Shown one piece after another: positions 53,101 through 64,000 of a DNA stretch of 64,000 bases. This stretch comes from Antedon mediterranea (taxonomy: Eukaryota; Animalia; Echinodermata), in NCBI RefSeq assembly GCF_964355755.1, contig NC_092672.1:8990001-9054000 (forward strand), written 5' to 3'. Made by a program: the position numbers and the translations under genes. The notes beneath the pieces were generated by a model that did no database searches, was not told where the DNA came from, and saw only the letters and a list, made by a program, of their open reading frames with translations. Each line of letters opens with the position of its first letter. Position 1 is the stretch's first letter.

Positions 53101-56100
53101 TGTTGTTTCAGATCATCATAGTACGATGACCCGCCATCTGCATTATCGTATGCAGCATCAAAAGCTTCCTTAAGCTTTCTCTTCTTTTCCAAAAACTTCT
53201 CCCGCTTTGTCATTTCTTTCTTCTGGTCTTCTTCCCCATCCTCTTTCTTGTCATCACCATCATCATTTTCTTCTTCATCATCATCATCATCATCTTCCGT
53301 TGTTTTTGCTTTGTGAATAATACCAGTCTCTAAATCTTCAAAGTCTCCATAAACCTCATCTAAATAATTTAAAGTAAAAAATACATCAATTTCTCAATCA
53401 GTTTTTCACATAATTACAGCAGGTTCCTGTCTTTTGATTGGACGTTAGTAACATAAAACAAATGTAGCACATTCATTTGTGTCTTTTAATGTAAATCGAG
53501 TATTACAATTTTGTTTTGTTTGTTCATCTTTGTTCAAATGGTTTAGGCCTTGGCCTACTTCTCTAAAAAAAAACAAATAATGAATGTTTTATATTCGTTA
53601 AATGTTACAAATAATTTAATTTGGTAAAAGATGAAAATGTGTTATATTTCATCTTTCACTTCATGAAATTATTTGTACTATTTCACTTATTCAATATTTG
53701 TATATTCATGCACAGGGTGATTTATGCTGCATATTTTGCGAATGTATGTACAGTGGATCAACAACATTTGACTAGTCTACTTGCCATCTTGATCCAGCAA
53801 GGTCTTGGCATCTTCATCTGCAGACCATTTGCCAGTAACAAAACAATCAGCAATCATCTCCTTCAGCTATATTAAGAAAATGTGTAAATTATGTGTTTGG
53901 TAATACAAAAAAAAAACAGCAGCAGAAACAAATCCACCACTTGCAGCAACTTTACTTGTTTCATTATGCATACCAAATTCTATTATACAACACCTAAATA
54001 AATTCCTGCCATTTAAGTAGACGATTATGGGTCACATGCCATGCAATAGTATGCACTATTGAACGGTCATTCAATAGTACTTTTTTTTTGTGTATGAAAA
54101 AAAAAATCTTTTTGCATTTGGAATATATTTTTTTTATACTGTACTGCTTTTGAAGTACAACATCGCCAACATGTCATAGTTAAAAGATTAGTAGAATCTG
54201 CTTTATAAAATTAAATGAAGATTTAACAGACACTTTTTAACCAGTTTCAGACTAATAGGGAAAACAATCATAGAGTTGAAAGTTCAATCTCAATGTTCAT
54301 GATGTCATCATTAACTGGTATTCTTTCTTTTTACTTGTCTGTTTTATTTGTCTATATTTCAAATTTGTATTACTCTTTATTTACTGTATATTGTCTTTAT
54401 ATAGTGTATGTCAATAATGTATTATTATAAAAAAAACATCATTTTGTGCATCTATTATATGTCTCTTATTTTTTCTATGTAACGACAAAACAGAAAATGA
54501 AATTAAACATTTAAAAACCTCTTCATTGGTCCAATCTCTAACTACGTCTACTGGGAAGACTGAACTATCAAAATCATTCATTCCTTTACGTTGTTTCTTT
54601 TCATCAGTAGATTTTCTTGAAACTGTAAACAATCCACCCAGCTCTTCCTCATCATCAGAATCATTTTCTGTATCGTCTACAAATAAAGTACAAACAAAGT
54701 ATCACAACAGTTCTACCAAGGCAATCTAACAACAGGACACTGAGCTTCCCTTGCCAAGATAGGAACTTGTAACAGTCCTTTGATCTTATGACTGGCTGCG
54801 ACATATATTAACAGTACTGTTACTACTATGTGCATATTCTCCACGGTGCGCAGTGTCTGTTAAGGGTGTGGAACTGATCGTGTCGCAGTCGCCACAGACA
54901 AACCCTTTGATCTCCGGAGCACAGCATCTTGTTAGATTTCCTTGGTTCTACATAGATGGTCCAGTAAACACCATATTGGGCAAGCCATTCCATTTGCTTG
55001 GTGAGCTACAAAGCTCTAACCATTGAGCAAGGTAGGCTAGAATGGACAATACCACTAGTACAAGATCTCTGGCTCTATATAAACATGTAGTGTAGTTTGT
55101 TCATGGTTAACAAAATGAGATGGATGTATGCTTGAAATTTACAGGTAATAAGCTCAGCAGAGGTCAGTATATCAAAGTACATATGAATGTCAATAGCACT
55201 AACAAAGTGGTCATGAGCATGTGTTCAGGTTAGTCTCAGTTTAACGAGATATAAGCTTCATTGATTGGTTGTTACACAATCTCATTATAAATATTATTCC
55301 TCATTGACTATGAACACAAAACCACTATTATTGTAGAGATGCACAATGTACTAATCAAGCATACTCACCAACACCATACACCAATTTCCTTAGGTTGGGG
55401 GTGTCCTTCTGACGTTGAAGGAAAGCGTCTGCTGCTCGTTGAACCATGTCATCTTTCCATCGTAGGTGACCTATGATAGTACAAAATATAGCAATGTTAG
55501 TCATAGGCATGTCTACCACAAGCATTCTGCTTTTTATTTAAATGGTTTCTTTAACTGTTATCGTTAATATTTTTTACCTACATCTTGTTAACTGTTTTTG
55601 AAGTAAATAAATGTCACTTTGATTTATTTAATTCAATTTCTATTTATTTCCATAACATTACATAGCCTATGTAAATACGTGAACAAGATTGGTTGAAACT
55701 GCATCACATGACTACTGCTGTAGATCGTATCCTCAGCGCTACACGCTTTGGAAATATATTCCCTCGAACAAAATATCATTCCTTCGAGAATGTCAAATCT
55801 TATATTTAACCTCTAAGCAGGCAATATCTGTATAATACACGATAATATAATGATACATTTACAATCCCTGATCTACAACCCTTTAAAGACAGACTCTTGT
55901 TGAGTTTTGAAAGACAAATTTAAAAAAATTATCTTCATAAATATATAAGGTAATTAACATAATTATTACCTGTACCAAATTCGTTCAAACTTCCTTCTTC
56001 AGAATCCATTCCTTCACCATCAATTTCTTCAGCTTCTATTCCTTCTTTTATCTCTCTATCTTCAATATCATCTTCACTATCTGTATCATCTTCATCCTCC

Positions 56101-59100
56101 TCTTCTGCTTTTGTTATATTTATCTTTTTATGTTCTTCCTTTGATCTATTATCTTTTACAGATTTTATTTTATCTTTCCCTTTTCTCATTTTTTTTTTAC
56201 TAAACGTCCTTAGCTCATCCTGATTTACATTCAGTTTCCTTTTCCGTTTGTTTTTTTCTTTTTCCAACTGTTTCTCCATATCACTGTCTTCATCCGATTC
56301 TTCTTCATCATCACTCTTGACTTGCAAATTTTTAAGAGCTCCGGAGTTGTTAGCAAATTCATCATCATCTTCATCATCACTATCTACAAAAACCAATTCT
56401 TCTACATCCTAAAAAAAATTATTTAAAACATCAACATATTGTAAATAACTGTTACCATTGATTGATATACTAAACTATTATTGTACTGTTCAGGTAAATT
56501 TAGGTGAGAGTCGAGAGCTTGATAGGCCTAACCATGGTTATAGATGATGCAAACACATTCTATCAAATGGCACTCTCAGACAAACATAATGTTTCAACCA
56601 GCTTCAGACTAATAGGGAAAACATTCACAGAGTTGAAAGTTCAATCTCAATGTTCATGATGTCATCATAAAACTGGTATTTAGAATAAATGTTTATCTGC
56701 ATGTTAGTATATAAACAATATATTATTATTAGGGTATCTTATCTTTTATATTTAGCAGAGTACAATATTGTGAAAGTATAGTAATTCAATGAAATAAATC
56801 ACTGTAATGATTTTATATTTTCTGCAATCACATGGGCATTAGTGGTTTAAAACATTTAAAATCGCATCAAGAAAACTTACAACTTTTTGTCTTTTGTTTT
56901 TCGAAGTTGATGACTCAGATTGCCGGGATTTTTCTAGCTCTGGTTCATCTTCGTCTGCCATATCATTATCTGAATCTTGACCCTGAAAAAAGTGCCAGAT
57001 ATACTATAAACATAATACATTCTGATAAATAAAATTCTAGTAATTATAGACATTATTTTTTATTTGTACATATCCAATCTCAGACTAATAGGGAAATAAA
57101 ATATCATAAAATGTGTTCACATTTCAAAGAATGCTATCATCATTGACTGGAAGTTCTTATTAATTCACTAAAGTTACCAATTTGTTTTTATTTCGCATTT
57201 CATATTTCTATCTAATAAATACCAACCTCATCTTCTGATTCGTTACCAGAATCTTCATCATTGTTAACGTCCTCATCTCCAAATACCGCCCTCCTTCGGA
57301 CCCTTCCTCCCTCGCTCACAACTTCCTCTTCTGGCATTCTGATTGGAAAACCAGTTGAGACTTCCTCTGATGCAATAGGAGTGGATTCTGGGAAGTACGC
57401 TAATTTACTGACTGCCATCTTAGCATCTACAGTCTGCTGGGTACCTATTAGGTTTGTGACAAGTTCATTCGATGGCCGTTGCTCTTCCTATGTATTAAGT
57501 AGATAATGAAAAAATTGGAAAGAAAGAACCTATAATATAATTAAATTCTGATATCAAGCAAAAATGATTTGTCCTTTAATGTATAGTGCAATTATAATTT
57601 GGGTCTAGATCACACATAAATTCAAATTATCTTTCCATTTTCACTAGCAGTGTAATATAATATGGAAAACCTCTGTTTTGGGGACACCTCTATTTTTGGA
57701 GACACCTCTGTTTTGGGGACAACTCTATTTTGGGGACACCTCTATTTAGGGGTCAGCTCTAATTTGTTAGTGGGAAAATGTATGTTTTACCACTACAGAC
57801 AACACTATCAAGGGAACACTTTGTTGGGCCCAAACACCGTCTCCTTAATAGGTGTTCTATTGTATTTGATACATTGTATATTAATTGAAAATTAAAAATT
57901 GATATCCAATCTCAGGCTAATAGGGAAACAAACTTCATAGAATGTTAAAACATTCTCAAAGTTAATTTTGTCATCATCGATTGGAAAATCTGTTAAATAT
58001 TCTTTAGTATGAAGTTAATAATATTGAAAACAGATGTTAAAAATTAAAACTACAGTATACATATATTACTGTACCTGAACTTGGCTGTGAGGCGCCTTGT
58101 TTCCCAAGTCTATGTAGACAACATCTTTATCATAGACAATTCCACCCACTCCAGACAAAGGGGCATAGATAAGACGTTCTTTTTGATTTAACGATCGTTT
58201 CTTTTCCTTGTCCGGAAGAGGGCACGGATCAGGAAGGTAACTGACATCCTTCACGTTAAAATCTCCACAACCTGGCAAGCAAAAATGTAAATATTTTCAG
58301 ACTGAAATAGTCAATGAATAATCAAGCTTTTAATGATTCAAATTATTCTCCCTATTCCACTCATAATCATTATTTGTATATTTATTTATTAGTTACATAT
58401 TGAAACATTTTCAGACCTAACAAAGTTTCTCACAATTATTCAGCAATATATAAATATTTACATTGTTACAATATATATGTCTGTAGTCGTAAGATATTAA
58501 TATCAGAAAGAAAAACATGAAATAAAGTTGTAAAAATACAAGTTGCATACTCTATAATTTTAATAACTTTTCCATAGATAGAATATACAGTAATAATCCT
58601 TCATATACCTGCTATGTGTATGTTGCTTCCATTTTTAAGGGGCGTGCCTCTGACGTAACCATAGAAACTGACAGTACGATCACAATTTGGTTTCTGTCGT
58701 ACCTCCTCTGGGTCGGTTAAATCTTCCATCCTAAATAACAAAGGAATAAAAACAGATAATTATTTTTTAAAGCGTAATTTCGTACTTGGTGTCGGCACAA
58801 TCCATATTGATATTATTGTGAAAGTTATGAAAATTGTTATGAGGATCTTTAGATAGATGGACATGCTCTTGGAAAAGATGAAGATGTACCAGTTAGTTGA
58901 AGGATGAGCAAAGGTGGTACAGAAAAAAAATCGAAAGGATCGGTTTAGAGAAATATGATGCACACGACATGTATTAAATAGAATCAACAGTGATGCCCAC
59001 CACACAAAATGTTTGTATAAATTTGACTATCATTCATTTTATTATCATGTTATTTTGGATTTAGGTATTGTTATTTATGTTGAATAATAGAGAGTGGCAA

Positions 59101-61968
59101 ATCAGTTAGAGGAACATGATGAGGCAAAAGACAGGAAGAAGTGGAGAAATGGTGTGGGAGCATGGAACAATTTTCAGAACCTCTTGGAATAGGGAGAAAA
59201 TTAAATCTAATAAAAGACAATGATGATATTATGCTTTACATCCAATCTCAGACTAATAGGGAAAAATTAATTCACAGAATATTTAAATTCTCTGTGTAAT
59301 TTTTATCCTCATTGATTGGAATAATTGTCTTTAAAATTAATCAAAATGTCATCATGAGATTATAATTTTTAACTATTTTGTAGATCCTAACCTATATAGT
59401 CTCGACTATAATCTAGACACTAACCTGGCTTAATATAAAATTATCAATGCTCACCTGTCTGCCAGGATGTATGGATGGGTTGTCCGCCAGACAAGTGGTC
59501 TAAACTTCATTACAGAGATGAATCGTCCCAGGTTGTGGATCTCGCGTTGCTGGTAGTCACTGTGAACCATCCCAGATAAATAGAATAACTTAGCACCCTG
59601 TACATAAATATATCCAAAACTAAATTAAAAACTTTTGGGAGTTTATTACTATTTAGATGCTCATCACATAACTGAGAACACCTGTGAGTTATGTACAAGC
59701 TGGTCTCTGTACCTTAAATTACTGGTAAACGAAATGCAGTTATGTGGGTTTATTTCTATAGTAGTTTTTTAGGTTTATGGATTAGTTTTCCGCAGATGCC
59801 TTCAGGATATGTGCGCAAATCTTATATTTATTATTACCTATTGTGAAGAATTAAAAAAAAACAAGACTAAATAAGTATAAAAATAGACAAAAATATTATA
59901 TGAAATTATATAAAACATAATTTCTACCTCTTGATTTAAAAAAACATTCCCGACCCTGAGGTTAATTTTTGTTAAACTAAAGACAAAATAGAGTAATGGG
60001 GTATGTATCAAAATGACTGGAATTTTATTAGGATGTTTTAAAGTACATTTTTTTAGCTATATTAACATTTATTTTATACAATACACAATAAATAATAAAC
60101 CAGCTTTAATAAGTACAACAATGAGAAAAACAATACAAATCAAACATAAAATTACCTGGTATATTTCTGTCCAAAATCTGTTCTTTAATCGTTTCTTTGT
60201 CTTTTTTAATGTTTTATTATTTTTCAGTTGGTCTAAATGAGTCAACACTCCCATGATCTTGGGAAATCCATGAATCTGAACAATGTTTAGAAACTCGAAC
60301 ACTTCCATCTCAAATCCAAAACTGGCATCAACCAATAATAAGACCTGTTTAAATTAAATGCAAACTTAGTTTGGTATGTAGCACACACATACAGCATCAT
60401 GTCTAGTGATAATCAGTATAGTATCAGTCTGTTTACAGCAACCTGCATCACACATTACTCTAATTCATTTTTGCACTTACCAGGTCAGCAATTTTTGCGA
60501 GGTCAATCATACTATTAACATCATTATTGCACTCTATAAATGTTAAGCGACGTTTCTTTCCTGAAATCAGAGCAACATACTTTGTTAGCAAATACAAAAA
60601 GGGATAATTGAAATCAAAATATGGCAGAATTATAAAGGACTCCTGTTGCATTTGGGACTAAAGAAATCATTCCTTTTGGCATGATAACCAATAGCATAGG
60701 GTTCTCCAAACTGAAATGTGATGCAATTCAGTTTGCTGGAGGAATCTGTAAATATGCCAGTGATTTTCCAAAACTGTTTGTAGTTTTTATATTATATTTT
60801 GAGTAATATAAATTACCTGAAACTATTGTAACAGGTCCTTGTATCGTGACCAAATTTTGCCGTGTATAGTTTCGTATCAAGCACCGGATGAGTGTGGACT
60901 TGCCAACTTTTGGGGGACCAACAACAGCGATAACAACAGGTGGTGGCTCAAGGGGCATTCTGTCAACCAGTGGTATATGGTGCCGCTTTGACTGCAAGTC
61001 CATGTTTCTGTTATAATAATTCAATTCATACATATTTATTCAAATGCAAACAATAATACTGGATTCATACGCTACATTTTATTGATTCCTCTCCGCAACA
61101 TTTACATTGCAGTATAAAAAGAGATATAAATTCTGCAGACCTAAAAATTTACAATTTCAAGAAATAAATATTTTGAAATGTTGTCCAATGTCCACTTTAT
61201 ACAGTAATTTTCCAGTTTAAAAAAATGCAGTTATAAATTGGTTGGGGTTAACTCTAATGTTTTACCTTGACATTTAGACTATAAACCTGTTAAGGTTTGT
61301 GAGTCCCTCTTTGAACATCTTGGTTATATGGCTCAAACTTTAGGTTGTGGGTTTTCCAGTGTGTTTCAAGATGGGTTTTAAAATTATTTATAGAGGATGC
61401 ATTTACTATATGATATGGCAAACTATTCCAATCATTTACTGCAGATATTGAAAAGAATTTCTGTCTGTGTTTCGATTTACTATGATCTTTTTTAATTTTA
61501 AAATTGTGGCCTCTAGTTACAGTAGATGGTGCTAATTCAAAAAAGACACCCGGATTAACATTATCATACTTTTGTATCATTCTAAAAATCTGTAAGCAGC
61601 AAGATGTTAATCACTTGGAATTGTTAACAGTTTTAACTGGATTTTCTTCTGTGTTTGTCAGTTTATAATTCACTTTAATATCACCAAATTTAAAGCAGTA
61701 TAGTATGCTTGTATTGTATTTAGTTAGTATTTGTTAGTAGTATTATTAATTATTTAAATGATGAATGCAAGTTTGATAAATAAAATGTACTCTACCGTCT
61801 AAAAGACTTTGCCATGTTAGCAGCTGAATGGAAGGCAAACGCCTTTGGGTTGCGTTGGCGATCTGTGAGATTTTCATCTTGTTTTTTGTTTTTGTTCTTT
61901 TTCTTTTCTGCTTTGCGCCCTGCTTGTCGCTCACGATGGTTCTTTGGTGCTGGGGTCGTCTCCATCAT
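44152..61968 (-). CDS. BMS1: Ribosome biogenesis GTPase BMS1, 24 coding exons
   Basis: Approximate exons 61796-61968, 60817-61007, 60481-60560, 60155-60344, 59454-59596, 58608-58730, 58074-58272, 57226-57488, 56878-56982, 55969-56408, 55368-55470, 54519-54676, 53785-53866, 53082-53359, 52250-52338, 51591-51692, 50936-51117, 49560-49619, 48897-49020, 48188-48335, 47608-47783, 46595-46755, 46254-46352, 44152-44247. Motifs [75 protein letters not shown]. Confidence 0.96.
44848..46154. mobile_element. Non-autonomous pogo/Tigger-like (Tc1-mariner) element
   Basis: TA-CAGTCAACTCTCCCAATACCGGAC ... GTCCGGTATTGGGAGAGTTGACTG-TA, with TCCGG subterminal repeats. Confidence 0.88.
47451..47526 (-). ncRNA. 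Box C/D snoRNA family C copy 1 (18S guide)
   Basis: Minus strand: terminal stem GCAATC/GATTGC, C-like box ATGATGT, guide AAAGTTGATAGG-A-CTGA (D'), terminal CTGA. Confidence 0.75.
47924..48107. mobile_element. Short Tigger-like MITE related to 44848-46154
   Basis: CAGTCAACCCTTCGAATACT ... GGTATTGGGAGAGTTGACTG-TA. Confidence 0.7.
48453..48704. mobile_element. Degenerate Harbinger-like MITE
   Basis: Imperfect inverted ends AGCCTGTTCGGACGGAACAAATTTACAC / GTGTAAATTGTTCATCATCCGATCGAGCACT. Confidence 0.45.
49436..49511 (-). ncRNA. Box C/D snoRNA family C copy 2 (18S guide)
   Basis: Near-identical to 47451-47526. Confidence 0.75.
50346..50421 (-). ncRNA. Box C/D snoRNA family B copy 1 (U30/SNORD30-site guide, degenerate C box)
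   Basis: Stem CAGTC/GACTG, C box ATGAGAA, guide ATCTCGTTAA-C-CTGA. Confidence 0.6.
50452..50902. repeat. ~100-bp intronic tandem repeat, ~4.3 copies
   Basis: GCTAGTCGCCCACCCACTGAATGCAGAT at 50453, 50555, 50697 and 50801. Confidence 0.9.
51291..51382 (-). ncRNA. Box C/D snoRNA family C copy 3 (18S guide)
   Basis: 9-bp terminal stem TAGTCTATC/GATAGACTA, box ATGATGT, the same guide AAAGTTGATAGGA-CTGA, divergent interior. Confidence 0.78.
51771..51853 (-). ncRNA. Box C/D snoRNA family B copy 2 (U30/SNORD30-site guide)
   Basis: Stem TTAGTC/GACTAA, C box ATGATGA, D' CTGA, guide ATCTCGTTAA-C-CTGA. Lies ~78 nt from the 3' splice site. Confidence 0.8.
51951..52137 (+). mobile_element. 3' remnant of an RTE-like LINE
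   Basis: Encodes [26 protein letters not shown], typical of RTE-clade ORF ends, followed by a short GGTCA-repeat tail. Confidence 0.55.
54241..54318 (-). ncRNA. Box C/D snoRNA family A copy 1 (28S guide)
   Basis: Minus strand: CCAGTT-A-ATGATGA ... TTCCCTATTAGT-CTGA-AACTGG. Confidence 0.85.
54717..54944. mobile_element. P-superfamily-like MITE with 7-bp TSD
   Basis: TSD GTTCTAC at 54710-54716 and 54945-54951. TIR CAAGGCAATCTAACAA / TTGTTAGATTTCCTTG. Confidence 0.8.
55231..55310 (-). ncRNA. Box C/D snoRNA family B copy 3 (U30/SNORD30-site guide)
   Basis: Stem TAGTC/GACTA, C box ATGAGGA, guide ATCTCGTTAA-A-CTGA. Confidence 0.75.
56598..56676 (-). ncRNA. Box C/D snoRNA family A copy 2
   Basis: Close paralogue of 54241-54318. 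C box ATGATGA, guide TTCCCTATTAGT-CTGA. Confidence 0.85.
57074..57150 (-). ncRNA. Box C/D snoRNA family A copy 3
   Basis: CCAGTC-A-ATGATGA ... TTCCCTATTAGT-CTGA-GATTGG. Confidence 0.85.
57660..57864. mobile_element. Degenerate Tigger-like MITE
   Basis: Repeated GGGGACACCTCTATTT units, ending GGTGTTCTATTGTA. Confidence 0.5.
57906..57984 (-). ncRNA. Box C/D snoRNA family A copy 4
   Basis: CCAATC-G-ATGATGA ... TTCCCTATTAGC-CTGA-GATTGG. Confidence 0.85.
59242..59319 (-). ncRNA. Box C/D snoRNA family A copy 5
   Basis: CCAATC-A-ATGAGGA ... TTCCCTATTAGT-CTGA-GATTGG. Confidence 0.82.
61260..61592 (-). mobile_element. 5'-truncated CR1-clade LINE, ORF2 C-terminus
   Basis: [41 protein letters not shown] is the typical CR1 ORF2 end. 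Confidence 0.8.
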
Positions 61969-62181
61969 ACAGTTTTATTTATAATTTCTAACCTGTGTAT
62001 AAAAATAAGTCCATTTAAATTAAAATAAGAATTTGTTATACAAATACTGTTTTAATTAAATTATGTTTAAATGAAATATTTGAATTGTTTTGGCCTCTAG
62101 CTAGTATTGACCCTAATTTTAGCCTACTAAAGGCATAGAATAGTTTTTAGTTAGTATAGGCCTACCTAGGCCCTAGTAATA

Positions 62182-62362
62182 TGGTTTATCGCAAATAGTG
62201 TGCGCATGACGGGAAGGATTTGGGAGCAAATGCATGACGCGTACATACATGATTGTTGTACTGTCTAGACGTTTGCTCCCAAACTCTTCCCAATCCCATC
62301 GGCATCATGGATTTTGCAATGACGTTCCTCTTGAATTCAAGCCAGTTGCGATAAATAAACCT
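62182..62362. mobile_element. Small inverted-repeat MITE in the BMS1 5'UTR intron
   Basis: GGGAAGGATTTGGGAGCAAATG is inverted against CGTTTGCTCCCAAACTCTTCCC, with outer TTTATCGCAA/TTGCGATAAA. Confidence 0.5.
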
Positions 62363-62793
62363 TGTGTTCTTGATTTTTAAATAATTTTAACCCTTGGCCT
62401 ACTAGGCCTAAAGCCTACAAGCATAGATGGAGCTATAAAATTATATAAAAAATATAAACTAATTTTATACTTTATATAGCTCCCCATCCATGGACCATGC
62501 TACAACAACTAACCCTGCCTGGCTTAGGCTCTAGTCTTAGCTTAAATCTATCCCGAACGACTAGAGAATCTCTCCGCCTAGCCTAGGCCTAGCATAGGTA
62601 CCTAGCCTAGCTAGCCTAGGCTACCTGTCCTGCTGGGCCTATTCGGTCCTATTCCTAACTAGCCACAAGCTAGTCTGGCTGGGGCCTAGCCTATCCCGCC
62701 TAGCCTACTCCTAGCTAGCCTTCCTAGCTAGGCCTAGCCAGCACATAAACAACAATAGAAACGCGGGCGATGTAGCCTATAATATACTTTTAC

Positions 62794-62950
62794 CTAAAAG
62801 CAGAGCCACAATAAATTAGTGTAGTTGTTATACATTTTGTAAACGTGTTTATAGGCAGGCTGTACACCACACACGACACACGAAAAAATAATGTGGAGTC
62901 CTGTGGAGACCACGTGTGTGCATTTGCTCATTTTGCTTGCGTCGCCTGTG
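62794..62950 (-). promoter_or_regulatory. Probable BMS1 non-coding first exon and promoter
   Basis: Minus-strand donor AG|GTAAAA near 62793, an adjacent CTAG/AGGCCT-rich intron, and a CACGTG motif near 62912. The acceptor before the ATG exon is at ~61993. Confidence 0.4.
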
Positions 62951-64000
62951 AAAATCAAAAGACAGCCCTCAACTATTGAGGGCTCTCTTTATACAATTCA
63001 GAAGATTTCTCATAGTTTCAACACACTAATTTTAATTAAAATTTGTTAGCTACAGTAGGCCTACAGGCATATTCCCACAGAACTACTCATTCAGAAGCTC
63101 TATCTAGCGGAAGCTATAGTTCTAGAGGCTGACAGTTTTGGAATATTGTAAACTCGTCCGGGTCATGCTCAAATTACAAACCCCAAGGCACGTCTGGAAG
63201 AAGATAATTCGCCGTCAGATAATCATTGAATTATGATCAAAACAGTCCATAGTAAAGTTTTTGTTTGTAATAGAATACAATTTGTTCACATTTGAATGTT
63301 CTTTATAAATTATATAGCACCTCACTGGCCATTTATCACTTGTTGACATCTATACTTGATGAAGTTACCCCCAGACTTGACCTTAGCAATACAGATAAAC
63401 TATTAACATATTAGATATAATCCACATTGGTGGTATTATTTGCTTTGAATGATTTGAATTAAATAAATTCAAAGTAGGATACTTTTTTCTATTTGTGTGT
63501 GGTTAAGTGAGCTATACACTACTATAATTTAGTTTATGATTGTATTTTTGTTGTACAGTAGGCCACACTATATTTACGTATACAAAATGTTTACTACTGA
63601 TTGTTGCATGCTGGAAGTCGTCGTTAATTGATTGTCATACAGAACATTCGAGGACGGGCTTTTCCGTTTTGTGATTTCTATGGTTCCCGGTTCTCATGTT
63701 ATTAACCTTTTAATCGTTTTTCCGGGATGCGAAATACAGTAAGAAACAAAAACAAAAAAAAATCACTTATAAAAAGACAAAAAAAAAAACCAGTAATTTC
63801 AACCAATTTCCCTTAATTTCTAAATCTCATTTCTTCCATTTTGTCTTTTTATTGTTTTTCTTTGTATTACCAGAAACAGAAGATACAACACTGCTTAAAA
63901 CTAAATTCTTCTAAAATAATAGAGAACCTGCAGTCACATACATTTGGAAATGAATTGAACGTATCTCCAACGTCAACAGGTTAGTAGGCCTACCTTTACG

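Noticed and set aside
58745-59225. Possible LINE remnants in BMS1 intron 5
   Set aside because: Only weak motifs (for example AKDRKKWR). Too degenerate to delimit or classify.
60578-60765. Two-hairpin H/ACA snoRNA candidate in BMS1 intron 2 (minus strand)
   Set aside because: The ACA lies within the likely branch point (GCTAAC) only ~20 nt from the acceptor. No convincing pseudouridylation pocket and no second copy.

Overview
AT-rich eukaryotic genomic DNA from an invertebrate animal, with spliceosomal introns. (1) 1-22743: a head-to-tail array of five ~5.08-5.11 kb units, each carrying a 5-coding-exon NXPE-family (neurexophilin/PC-esterase) gene. Copies 2 and 3 are intact, copies 1 and 4 are frameshifted, and copy 5 is truncated. 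(2) 25164-42630: two tandem 8-exon phospholipid scramblase (PLSCR) paralogues. The second is divergent, and its introns hold a nested Kolobok element (THAP and KolX relics) and a DIRS-derived fragment (RNase H, methyltransferase, intact tyrosine recombinase) between 38-bp inverted repeats. (3) 44152-61968 minus strand: BMS1 with 24 coding exons, including a probable GC-AG intron. Eleven of its introns each carry one box C/D snoRNA. They form three families with conserved guides antisense to 28S (two sites) and 18S (one site) rRNA, and this is the main hidden system in the window. There are also many non-autonomous DNA transposons (MULE, pogo/Tigger, Harbinger, P-like with 7-bp TSDs), LINE remnants and minisatellites. 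All exon and element calls were made by eye. rRNA target sequences and numbering are recalled from conserved eukaryotic rRNA and were not checked against this species.
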